Virus record (IMG/VR): IMGVR_UViG_3300035200_000200
Span: 1-32,973 of that record
Origin: a virus
Lineage: Duplodnaviria > Caudoviricetes
DNA length: 32,973 nt
Direction: 5' to 3' (one strand)
The translations under genes and the position numbers were made by a program. The notes below the pieces were generated by a model. The model ran no database searches. It saw nothing but the letters and a program-made list of their open reading frames with translations, and was not told the DNA's origin. Positions 1 through 7,608 of the stretch are shown here, one piece after another (the first letter of the stretch is position 1; each line of letters begins with the position of its first letter).

Positions 1-2
1 AC

Positions 3-788
3 CCCGACCGCCTCGGCGAAACGTTCGCCCTCCCGGTCGACCCCGCGCCGCCTGGCCTCGCCACCGCCCTCCGTGACGCCGCCGTGATCGCGGCCGGCGC
101 CGGTGTCCTCGGCGCCGTCACCGTCGGCCGCGGCCTCGTGTTCGCCGCCGCCGCCGCTATCGGCGCCGGCGTGCACGCCGTCGGGCACACCCTCGCCACC
201 CGCCCCCGAGTCGACGACACCCCCGCAGCGGTGCGGTACGCCGACACGGTGTGGGACGACGCCGGCACCGACGCCGCCGCCGCCGCCCTCGTCGTGTGGG
301 AACACCTGCAGCGCGCAGGCGAATTGCCGCCCTCGGCGGTGTGGGTTTTGGTCACCGACCCGGGGGGCGACGACGCCTACGCCTACCGGCACGCGCGGTA
401 CTTGAGTGACCTTTTCGAGGCCACCGACCCGCGGCCCCTCACCGGCCCGGACGACGCGCCCGGGTGGCTTGCCGTCGTCGCCCCCGCCGTGCCCTCGGAC
501 CTACCGCCGGACGTCACGCACCCCGACGACGACGCCGCCCCAGTGACCCTCGTCGACGTCGCCGAGGGTGCGCGCGGCCGGACCCGTGTCGTCGCCGTAG
601 CCGTCACCCAGACCGGGGAGGTCGGCACCGTATCGGCGCCCCTCGTGCTGCGCCGAGGCCGCTGGACCGTCGGCGCCATCACGCCCGCCGACGGCACCGC
701 CACCGACGGCCCCGACGTCACCCTCGCGCCGTGGCTTGCCACTATCGCCGGGACGACGCTGCGCACCCCCGAGGACGGCCCACGATGA
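3..788 (+). CDS. hypothetical protein with hydrophobic N-terminal segment; probably truncated at the left edge
   Basis: Frame is open from position 3 to TGA 786-788; ATGA overlap with the next gene. Confidence 0.6.
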   Translation, partial: PDRLGETFALPVDPAPPGLATALRDAAVIAAGAGVLGAVTVGRGLVFAAAAAIGAGVHAVGHTLATRPRVDDTPAAVRYADTVWDDAGTDAAAAALVVWEHLQRAGELPPSAVWVLVTDPGGDDAYAYRHARYLSDLFEATDPRPLTGPDDAPGWLAVVAPAVPSDLPPDVTHPDDDAAPVTLVDVAEGARGRTRVVAVAVTQTGEVGTVSAPLVLRRGRWTVGAITPADGTATDGPDVTLAPWLATIAGTTLRTPEDGPR

Positions 789-1051
789 CAACCCCCGCCG
801 CCTGGAGCATCACCTACCGCCCCACCCCCGACCCCGCCGACGCGCACGACCCGCGGGTATGGCCCCTCGCCGGCACCGCCGTCGCCCTAGCCGCGTGCGC
901 CTGCGGGTGGTGGACCTGGTGCCCCGCCGAGGTCGGCGGCACCGTCGTGACGCTGCACGGCCGGTGGGCCGGCACCGGCCTCGACGTCGGGTGGCCCGAG
1001 GGGTGGGGCCGCGCCGCCGCGCTGCACACCGACCGGGGGGTCACCCCGTGA
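785..1051 (+). CDS. hypothetical protein (MTTPAAWSITY...)
   Basis: ATG 785 overlaps the upstream stop; its own stop overlaps the next GTG (GTGA coupling). Confidence 0.6.
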   Translation: MTTPAAWSITYRPTPDPADAHDPRVWPLAGTAVALAACACGWWTWCPAEVGGTVVTLHGRWAGTGLDVGWPEGWGRAAALHTDRGVTP

Positions 1052-1494
1052 CCGCCCCCGACGACCGGCCGACCGTCGACGCCTACGGGTTCCCCCTCGT
1101 GCCGGTTGACCCCGACGCCGTGCCGGCCCGTAGGCCGTGGACCGCCGCGCAGCAAGCCGAGGCCGCGGTGGACTGGGCCGCGTGGGGCGCCGCGCTGCGC
1201 ACCCGAGGCGCACCGCTCGGGACGCGGGGCGCCGTGTTCACCCCCGACCAGCGCGCAGCGGTCGCCTACCGGGTCGCGGTAGCGTCAATCCTCGCCGCGC
1301 CGGCCGAGGCTATGGCCGCCGCCGCCGCCGCCGCCGCCGTCGAGTTGGACCCCCCCGCCGACCCGGACGCCCTCGCCGCCGCCCGGGCCGACGTCCGGCG
1401 CCTCGCCGAGGCGCACCGGGACGCGGTCGCCGCCGCGCTATCGGACGCGGGGCACGCCGCCCTGGGTGCCCTGGCAGACCGGGGCACCCCGTGA
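1048..1494 (+). CDS. hypothetical Ala-rich protein
   Basis: GTGA coupling at both ends; high-GC3 frame. Confidence 0.6.
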   Translation: MTAPDDRPTVDAYGFPLVPVDPDAVPARRPWTAAQQAEAAVDWAAWGAALRTRGAPLGTRGAVFTPDQRAAVAYRVAVASILAAPAEAMAAAAAAAAVELDPPADPDALAAARADVRRLAEAHRDAVAAALSDAGHAALGALADRGTP

Positions 1495-2099
1495 CCGTCG
1501 ACCCGGGACCGGACCTCGCCGACCGTGTCGCCGAGGCCGCCCGACTCGTCGCCGCCGCTGCGCGCCGCTACGGGTGGGCCGCGCACGACGACTGGGCCGA
1601 CACCGACACCCCCGACGGCACCGCGTGGGAGGCCGTCCTAGAAACCGAGGCCGCCGCCGCGGGATGCCGCCTCGGCACCCCCTACGCCCTCGTCACCGTC
1701 GACGCCTGGACCTCGGGGGTCCGGGTGTCGCACCGCGACGCCGGCACGGTGTGGGACCACACCGGCCGGGTCACCGCCGCCGGCCTCGCCGACGTCGCCG
1801 CCCTCCTCGCCGTGCCCCGCCCCCGACCCGCTACGGGGCACGCTGCGGCCCTCCCGGCGCCGACCCTAGGCGAACCCCCGACCGCCCCGCCCGAGGCCGC
1901 GTGGGAGGCCGCAGCGCGCGCCGTAGCCGGGCCGTGCCGCTATGCGCCGTCGGCGCCGACGTGGTGCGAGGCGCACGCCGCCGGCCGCGGCCTACGGTGG
2001 GGCCGCGACAACCCTGCCGCGCCGTGCGCCGCCGTGGCCGCCCTGCTCGACGTCGCCGAGGCCGCCGTGCACGCCGACCGCGCCGACCGCCGCCGCTGA
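1491..2099 (+). CDS. hypothetical protein with C-terminal Cys/His cluster
   Basis: GTGA-coupled start; CRY...WCEAH...PC near the C-terminus. Confidence 0.6.
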   Translation: MTVDPGPDLADRVAEAARLVAAAARRYGWAAHDDWADTDTPDGTAWEAVLETEAAAAGCRLGTPYALVTVDAWTSGVRVSHRDAGTVWDHTGRVTAAGLADVAALLAVPRPRPATGHAAALPAPTLGEPPTAPPEAAWEAAARAVAGPCRYAPSAPTWCEAHAAGRGLRWGRDNPAAPCAAVAALLDVAEAAVHADRADRRR

Positions 2100-2105
2100 A
2101 CGACC

Positions 2106-2137
2106 GCGAGGCCGCCCCCCTCGGGGGACGGCCTCGC
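2106..2137. terminator. hairpin between convergent genes, probable bidirectional terminator
   Basis: GCGAGGCCG-c-CCCCC-tc-GGGGG-a-CGGCCTCGC inverted repeat. Confidence 0.6.
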
Positions 2138-2158
2138 CGCGTGCCCTGGCCTGCCCGG

Positions 2159-2545
2159 TCACTTCAGGTAGTCGACGACCGCCCCGCGGGCCTCGAGCCA
2201 CCCGATAGCCTCGGCGGCCTCGTCGCGCTGCACCGCCGCGCGGGCCGCGACGACACCGAGGGTCGCCGCCTGCGACTCAAGCCACGCCGCCGCCTCGGCG
2301 CGAGTCTGGCAGAAAGGGGCCAGGGGGTAGACCTCCCCGACCGGCGTACCGTCGGCGTCCTCGCCGCGGCAAAGCCACACCGACGGCAACCAGCGGCCCT
2401 CGCCGCGCCGGCCGCCCTTAGGGAGGTGCACGATGGTGGCCTCGCCGGGGCGGTACCCCGGGACGACGATGGTCCAGCGTTCGCCGGTCGCGAGGCCGGT
2501 GCGGGTGTCGGTGCGGGTGCGGTAGGGCTTGACGGTGGTAATCAT
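2159..2545 (-). CDS. cassette-driven hypothetical protein (MITTVKPY...)
   Basis: ATG directly after the conserved CCGAGGCGCCTAGGAGGC RBS element. Confidence 0.8.
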   Translation of the reverse strand: MITTVKPYRTRTDTRTGLATGERWTIVVPGYRPGEATIVHLPKGGRRGEGRWLPSVWLCRGEDADGTPVGEVYPLAPFCQTRAEAAAWLESQAATLGVVAARAAVQRDEAAEAIGWLEARGAVVDYLK

Positions 2546-2649
2546 GCGGTGCCTCCTAGGCGCCTCGGTGGCCGGTGTCCCCGGCCGATGACTTAACTAT
2601 ACCGCCCCCCGGCTAGGCCGGGGGGCGGTATCGGTGTGGCGTGCGCCAC
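2546..2649 (-). promoter_or_regulatory. repeated expression cassette, copy A
   Basis: GTG-N8-CAC, perfect 15-bp hairpin, TATAGT, GGCCGG-GGACA-CCGGCC hairpin, AGGAGG RBS. Confidence 0.85.
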
Positions 2650-2925
2650 TCACAGAATCGTGGCGGCCTGGCCCCGCAGCGTCTCGGCGAACCGCGCGTA
2701 GAGACGCGGGTCGCCGTCGTTCGGGAGGCTACGGCACCGCTTGAGCATACGGGCCACGACCCGGGTGAGGTAGGCGTCGTTCCGCGCCTCCCACTCGGCG
2801 AGAAGCAGGGTGTCCTCGACGATGCCGGGGCGACGGCGAGGACAGTCCAGCGCGGCAACCTCGAACAGGTCGGCGACATAGTCGCGGGCACGGGCCGGGA
2901 TGAAGGTGTCGGTGGTGGTGTTCAT
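2650..2925 (-). CDS. cassette-driven hypothetical protein (MNTTTDTFIP...)
   Basis: ATG after the cassette B RBS; stop abuts cassette A. Confidence 0.8.
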   Translation of the reverse strand: MNTTTDTFIPARARDYVADLFEVAALDCPRRRPGIVEDTLLLAEWEARNDAYLTRVVARMLKRCRSLPNDGDPRLYARFAETLRGQAATIL

Positions 2926-3030
2926 GCGGGGCCTCCTAGGCGCCTCGGTGGCCGGTGTCCCCGGCCGATATCTCAACGATACCCCACCGGATACCGTCGG
3001 TGCAGCGGCTATCGGTGTGACCCCGACCAC
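2926..3030 (-). promoter_or_regulatory. repeated expression cassette, copy B
   Basis: TGTGG-N6-TCACA box, TATCGT -10, same leader and RBS as the other copies. Confidence 0.85.
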
Positions 3031-3121
3031 AATGCCCCCGGCCCGCCGCCCGCCGCCTCGGCGCGGCTAGTATCGGGCAGGACGGGGCACCCCGCCCCGC
3101 TGCACCCCCTAGGAGGCCCCT

Positions 3122-3361
3122 ATGGCACCCCGCCCCGGCATCATGCGCGCACGCACCGACGCTACGAAGGAGGTTATCGCGAGGCACCGCCCCGAATACG
3201 TCGCCGTGATGCAGCGGTTGTGCGCCGAGCGGGGCCTCGACTGGGTCGACCCGGACGCCGCCGCCGCCGCCGCCGCCCTCGCCCGTATCGAGAAGGCCCT
3301 GGCCCGGTTCCCCCACCTGCGCGCCGAGGTTGCCGCCCCCGACTATCCGCCGGCCGGGTGA
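3122..3361 (+). CDS. hypothetical protein, divergent from cassette B
   Basis: CCTAGGAGGC RBS before the ATG; candidate -10 TAGTAT at 3068-3073. Confidence 0.7.
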   Translation: MAPRPGIMRARTDATKEVIARHRPEYVAVMQRLCAERGLDWVDPDAAAAAAALARIEKALARFPHLRAEVAAPDYPPAG

Positions 3362-3864
3362 CGACCCGCGCCGGCCGGGTGACGGCGCTTGACGGCCTGG
3401 ACGGGTGGCCCGTCGTCGACCCGTGGCTGGTCGTCACCGTCGACGGCACCCCGAGGCCGCAGGGGTCGAAACGGGCCCTCGGCCGGGGTGTCCTCGTCGA
3501 GTCGTCGCAGGGCCTCCCCGCGTGGCGCGCACGGGTCGCCGCCGCCGCCGCCGCCGCCGCCGACGACGCCGACTGGGTGCCCCTCGCCGTGCCGACTATG
3601 GTCGCGCTGCGGTTCGCTATGCCTCCCGGCGTGGCCCGGGGTCGGCGCCTCGCGAGGGGTGTGCAGGGGCCGGTGCCGTCGCCGTCCTCACCCGACCTGG
3701 ACAAATTGGTTCGGGCCGTGTTCGACGGCCTCGGCGATAGCGGCCGGGTGTGGGTTGACGATAGGGTCGTGGCCGCGGTAGCGGCGGTGCGGGTGTGGGC
3801 CGGCACCGAGGCCGACCCGACCCCCGGTGTCGCCGTCGTCGTCGCCGCCCTCGCCGAGGCGTGA
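3358..3864 (+). CDS. rusA: RusA-like Holliday junction resolvase
   Basis: G.P.PQGSK, PDLDKLVRAVFDGL and W.DD..V motifs typical of phage RusA. Confidence 0.9.
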   Translation: MTTRAGRVTALDGLDGWPVVDPWLVVTVDGTPRPQGSKRALGRGVLVESSQGLPAWRARVAAAAAAAADDADWVPLAVPTMVALRFAMPPGVARGRRLARGVQGPVPSPSSPDLDKLVRAVFDGLGDSGRVWVDDRVVAAVAAVRVWAGTEADPTPGVAVVVAALAEA

Positions 3865-3962
3865 CCGAGGCCACACCGATACCGCCCCCGCCGCAGCGGC
3901 CGGCGGGGTACGCTTGAGTCATCGGCCGGAGCACCGGCCCCGAGGCGCCTAGGAGGCCCCAA
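3861..3962 (+). promoter_or_regulatory. repeated expression cassette, copy C
   Basis: GTGACCGAGGCCAC box, CCCCGCCG/CGGCGGGG hairpin, TACGCT -10, conserved RBS. Confidence 0.85.
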
Positions 3963-4232
3963 ATGATTACCGCCGCTACCACCCACGCCCCCGCCGCCGA
4001 GGCCCTGATGGTTTTCTCGGTGGAGCGTATCGCCGAGTACCTGGTGGAGGATGGCGACTACCACGCCGCGTGCGTCGCGGCCGTGATGCCCGAGGCCGCA
4101 CGCCTCGGCGCCGCCCCGAACCTCGGCCGGGGCCTGGTCTACGGCCGCGCCGCCGACGAGGCACACCGCCTGCTGCGGGCCGGCGCGTGCCGCCGCTGCG
4201 CCGCTATCGCCGTGTCGGTGATCGGCGCGTGA
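3963..4232 (+). CDS. cassette-driven small protein with C-terminal CxxC
   Basis: MITAATT... after the cassette RBS; ACRRC. Confidence 0.75.
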   Translation: MITAATTHAPAAEALMVFSVERIAEYLVEDGDYHAACVAAVMPEAARLGAAPNLGRGLVYGRAADEAHRLLRAGACRRCAAIAVSVIGA

Positions 4233-4250
4233 CCCTCGGCGCCTCGCCGG

Positions 4251-4281
4251 CCGCCCCCGACCCCCCCCGGGTCGGGGGCGG
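4251..4281 (+). terminator. GC-rich hairpin, probable terminator
   Basis: CCGCCCCCGACCC-loop-GGGTCGGGGGCGG downstream of the 4232 stop. Confidence 0.6.
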
Positions 4282-4338
4282 TCCCCGTTTCGGGGGGTGG
4301 CCTCGCCGACCGGCCGCCGCTGCGGCAGACTAGGCGCC

Positions 4339-4998
4339 ATGCGAACCCCCGCCGACGCCGTCGCCTGGTTGCGACACGAGGCCGCGCACCCCTCGGCCGA
4401 CTGGACCGCCCTATGCGAACGCCTCGCCCGTACCGCCTACGGCCTCCCCGCTAATTACCCGACCGCCGAGGCGCACGCCGCCGCTATTCCGGCCGACCGC
4501 CGCCACGGGCACAACCCTGGCCCCGCCGGCGGCCTCGTCCTCTACCGCAATAGCGGGGCGGGGCACGTTGTCGTGCTCCTCGGCGACGGGCACGGGGGCC
4601 GAGGGTGGCGCGCCATGACGAACGACTCACCGCAGCGGCGTGGCCGCGTGCACGAGGTCGACGACGCCCGAACCCTCGCGCCGTGGTGCCACGCCCGAGA
4701 ATGGTTCACCGCCGACCCGTACTGGACCCCGCAGAATTCGCACCGCCTCGCCTGGGGCGCCTCGGCCTCGCCGGCGCCCGGGTTCCCCGGCACTATCCGG
4801 CGGGGGTCGACCGGCGCCGCCGTGCGCGCGTGGCAAGCCGAAATGATCCGGCGAGGCCGGATCGCCGACAACCCGGCGAACCGTGACGGGGTGTGCGGCC
4901 CCGGCATGGACCGTGCGCTGCGCGCGCTGCAGGCCGCCGAGGGCATCGTGGTCGACGGGGTCGGGGGGCCGCAGACCTGGACCGCCCTCGTGACGTGA
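4339..4998 (+). CDS. endolysin: CHAP/NlpC-P60-like Cys-His peptidase plus peptidoglycan-binding domain
   Basis: LCERLARTAYG...GHV catalytic-type motifs; GSTGAAVRAWQ...DGVCGP...VDGVGGPQTW PG_binding_1-like repeats. Confidence 0.8.
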   Translation: MRTPADAVAWLRHEAAHPSADWTALCERLARTAYGLPANYPTAEAHAAAIPADRRHGHNPGPAGGLVLYRNSGAGHVVVLLGDGHGGRGWRAMTNDSPQRRGRVHEVDDARTLAPWCHAREWFTADPYWTPQNSHRLAWGASASPAPGFPGTIRRGSTGAAVRAWQAEMIRRGRIADNPANRDGVCGPGMDRALRALQAAEGIVVDGVGGPQTWTALVT

Positions 4999-5042
4999 CC
5001 CCGCCGCCGCCCGGCGCGCTATGGCGCGCCTATACTAGGGGC

Positions 5043-5558
5043 ATGATCGCCTATCTTCCCCAGGTCGGGCACGCCGGCCCCGCGTGGCCCCTCGACATCA
5101 CCGACCCGACCCTAGGCCCGGACGCCCTGGACCGCCTCGCCCCGGCGCGGCTCGTCGCCGTGCGTGCCCTCGCCGCCGACGCCCTCGCCGCGACATACGC
5201 CGACGCCGTTAACGCCTACCTCACCGGCGCGGGTGGGTGCCCGGCCGGCGTGGCGGTTACCGTCGACGCCGGCGGCCTCGTGTGGACCGCCGACGAGGTC
5301 GACCCCGACGTGGTGCAGCGGGCCGTGTTGGTCGTCCTGCCCGGCCGGCTGGAGGCGCGTGCCGCTGCGCGTCGACTCGTCGCCGCTATCGCCGAGGCCG
5401 TCACCGACCCGGACGACGCCGCCGCCGAGGTGGTCCCCGACGCTGCACCGCCGGCCGACGCCGCGCCGCCGGCCGAGGTGGTCGCCGACGCCGCGCCGCC
5501 GGCCGAGGGGGTCGCCTCGGTGACCGGCCGCCGCCGCAGCAAGCCGGCCGCCGCGTGA
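5043..5558 (+). CDS. hypothetical protein with DAAPPA-repeat tail
   Basis: TATACT at 5031-5036 is 6 nt before the ATG (leaderless); GTGA-coupled to the next gene. Confidence 0.65.
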   Translation: MIAYLPQVGHAGPAWPLDITDPTLGPDALDRLAPARLVAVRALAADALAATYADAVNAYLTGAGGCPAGVAVTVDAGGLVWTADEVDPDVVQRAVLVVLPGRLEARAAARRLVAAIAEAVTDPDDAAAEVVPDAAPPADAAPPAEVVADAAPPAEGVASVTGRRRSKPAAA

Positions 5559-6085
5559 CCGGCGCCGCGCGCGCGGCCCTCGCCGTCGCAGCGTTCGCCG
5601 GCACCGTCGCCGCCGCTAACGTCGCCACGACCGCCCTAGGCGTCGTGCCCATCGGGTTCGGGTTGTCAGTGACCGCAGGCACCTTCGCCGCCGGCGCCGC
5701 CCTTGTCGCACGTGACGCCGTCGACGAGGTCGGGGGCCGGCCGGCCGTCGCCGTGGCCCTCGGCCTCGGTGTCGTGCTGTCCCTCGCCCTCGCCGACCCG
5801 GCTATCGCCGGCGCCTCGGCGGCTGCGTTCGCCGTCGCCGAGGCCGCCGACTGGGGGGTGTATCGGTGGGGCCGGCGCCGCCGAGGCCGCCCCTACGGGG
5901 TGGCCGTGTCGTCGGCCGTCGCCGCCCCGCTGGACACCGTCGTGTTTCTGGCCCTCGCAGGGTTCCCCGTCACCCTCGGCACCGTCGCCGGACAATGGGT
6001 CGTCAAGGTCGGACTAGCCGTCGCGGTCGCGGCCGGCCTGGCCTGGCGCGAGAATCGCGGCCGTGCTTTACCTATCCGGGTGTAG
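5555..6085 (+). CDS. yhhQ: VUT/YhhQ-family (queuosine/7-deazaguanine precursor) transporter
   Basis: Multi-pass membrane protein with AN...GT...RD...AS..AF..AE..D..VY...S......LDT..F..A.......GQ...K pattern of the Vut_1 family. Confidence 0.8.
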   Translation: MTGAARAALAVAAFAGTVAAANVATTALGVVPIGFGLSVTAGTFAAGAALVARDAVDEVGGRPAVAVALGLGVVLSLALADPAIAGASAAAFAVAEAADWGVYRWGRRRRGRPYGVAVSSAVAAPLDTVVFLALAGFPVTLGTVAGQWVVKVGLAVAVAAGLAWRENRGRALPIRV

Positions 6086-6740
6086 GGCGCAGGCTATCGC
6101 CGACGACCTCGCCGCCGGCACCATCGGCTACCTGCGCACGCCACGCCACGGGAGAAGGCTGGACGGTATCGCCGTGTGGGCTATGGACAACGGGTGCTTC
6201 ACCGGCGCCTATGTCGGCGACGAGCAATACCTAGCCGTTCTGGCGAGGCTTGACGCGCACCGGCCTCGGTGCCTATTCGTGACCGTGCCGGATGTCGTCG
6301 GTGATGGGCCGGCGACCCTGGCCCGGTTTCCGACGATGGCCGGCCGGATACGCGCGGCGGGGTGGCCGGTCGCCCTTGTCGGGCAGGACGGCATGACCCC
6401 CGAGGTTATCCCGTGGGACGGCCTGGATTGGTTATTCCTCGGGGGGTCGACGGCTTGGAAACTAGGCCCCGACGCACGCCGCCTCATCACCGAGGCACAC
6501 CGGCGAGGCAAGCGGGTCCACGTCGGCCGGGTCAATTCCGGCCGGCGGTTCGCAGCGTTCGCCGCCCTCGGGTGCGACACCGCCGACGGCACCTTTCTGG
6601 CCTACGGGCCCGACCTGCTGGCGCCGAGGGTGCGCGCGTGGCATCGTGCCGCCGCGCACCCCGTCCTATTCGACGTCGCCGACAAGGGTGACCGAGGCCA
6701 CACCGTGACCGGCCCCGCCGCAGCGGCCGGCGGGGTATAG
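6063..6740 (+). CDS. dpdA: DpdA/TGT-fold 7-deazaguanine DNA transglycosylase-like protein
   Basis: WAMDNGCF, PDVVGD, QDG, FLGG, HVGRVN and DTADGT motifs in TGT/DpdA order; adjacent to a yhhQ-like gene. Confidence 0.75.
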   Translation: MLYLSGCRAQAIADDLAAGTIGYLRTPRHGRRLDGIAVWAMDNGCFTGAYVGDEQYLAVLARLDAHRPRCLFVTVPDVVGDGPATLARFPTMAGRIRAAGWPVALVGQDGMTPEVIPWDGLDWLFLGGSTAWKLGPDARRLITEAHRRGKRVHVGRVNSGRRFAAFAALGCDTADGTFLAYGPDLLAPRVRAWHRAAAHPVLFDVADKGDRGHTVTGPAAAAGGV

Positions 6741-6791
6741 TTGACGTATCGGCCGGGGACACCGGCCACCGAGGCGCCTAGGAGGCCCCGC
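6688..6791 (+). promoter_or_regulatory. repeated expression cassette, copy D (overlaps the dpdA 3' end)
   Basis: GTGACCGAGGCCAC, hairpin, TATAGT 6736-6741, conserved leader and RBS. Confidence 0.85.
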
Positions 6792-7031
6792 ATGAACACC
6801 GACCGCACCTACCTCGGCTGGACCTCGTGCGTGTACGCCGACGCCGACCGCTCCTACCTGCACGGCCTCGGCTGGACCGCCTCGTGCGTCGAGGTTGCGG
6901 GCATGGTCTACGCCGACGCCGCCGACGACGACGCCGCGGCCCTCCTCGCCGACGGCCTCGCCCCCGAGGGCTACCGCGACGCCCTCGCGGCAAGCCTCGC
7001 CGACCACGCCGACGCTTGCGACTATTGCTGA
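6792..7031 (+). CDS. cassette-driven small acidic protein ending HxxxCxxC
   Basis: MNTDRTYLGW...DHADACDYC. Confidence 0.75.
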   Translation: MNTDRTYLGWTSCVYADADRSYLHGLGWTASCVEVAGMVYADAADDDAAALLADGLAPEGYRDALAASLADHADACDYC

Positions 7032-7052
7032 ACCCCACCCCCACCCGTACCG

Positions 7053-7076
7053 CCGAGGCGCCTAGGAGGCCCCACG
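7053..7076 (+). promoter_or_regulatory. partial cassette (RBS element only), copy E
   Basis: Exact CCGAGGCGCCTAGGAGGC before ATG 7077. Confidence 0.8.
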
Positions 7077-7508
7077 ATGCCGAACCCCCGCACCCCCCGC
7101 CCCGCCCCGACCGCCGACGCGCGCCGCGCCGCCGCTGCACGCCGTGGCCCCTTGACGGCCGCGCAGGAGGCCGCCCTCGTGGCCCTCGTGACCGGTGTCG
7201 GCGAGGCCGCTAACCGCCGCCCCACCCTCGCCGTGCTGCACCGGCGCGGCCTCGTGACCCACCCCGACCCCGACTGGGGCGTGTTGACCGCGGCCGGCCG
7301 GGAGGTTGCCGAGGCCCTCGTGCGCGGCGTGCCCGACGACTGGGCGTGGGTGTCGGCCTCGGCGCAGCGGTGCCCCGCGTGCGCCGTCGCGGTGTACGTC
7401 GTCGGCCGGCGCACGGTCGCCCCCGGGTGCGTCGCCTACCGCCTCGGGTGCCGACACGTTGTCGTCGGATATCGGGTGGTGGCCCGGTTCCCTCGGCCGG
7501 GTGAGTGA
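7077..7508 (+). CDS. winged-helix-like protein with C-terminal Cys-rich (CPAC) region
   Basis: LTAAQEAAL...TLAVLHRRGLV...LTAAGREVA wHTH-like pattern. Confidence 0.6.
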   Translation: MPNPRTPRPAPTADARRAAAARRGPLTAAQEAALVALVTGVGEAANRRPTLAVLHRRGLVTHPDPDWGVLTAAGREVAEALVRGVPDDWAWVSASAQRCPACAVAVYVVGRRTVAPGCVAYRLGCRHVVVGYRVVARFPRPGE

Positions 7509-7608
7509 CCGAGGCCACACCGATACCGCCCCCCGGCCTAGCCGGGGGGCGGTATAGTTGACGTATCGGCCGGGGACACCGGCCACCGAGGCGCCTAGGA
7601 GGCCCCGC
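7505..7608 (+). promoter_or_regulatory. repeated expression cassette, copy F
   Basis: GTG-N8-CAC 7505-7518, perfect 15-bp inverted repeat 7523-7555, TATAGT 7553-7558, RBS. Confidence 0.85.

Noticed and set aside
1315-1340. (GCC)n runs as contingency microsatellites
   Set aside because: In-frame poly-Ala codons common throughout this genome; triplet changes would not switch the frame
6741-6791. Shared peptide YRPGTPATEAPRRPR at the N-termini of several track ORFs (6741, 7558, 8385, 2650-3030)
   Set aside because: It is just the cassette leader translated; the real starts are the ATGs after AGGAGG
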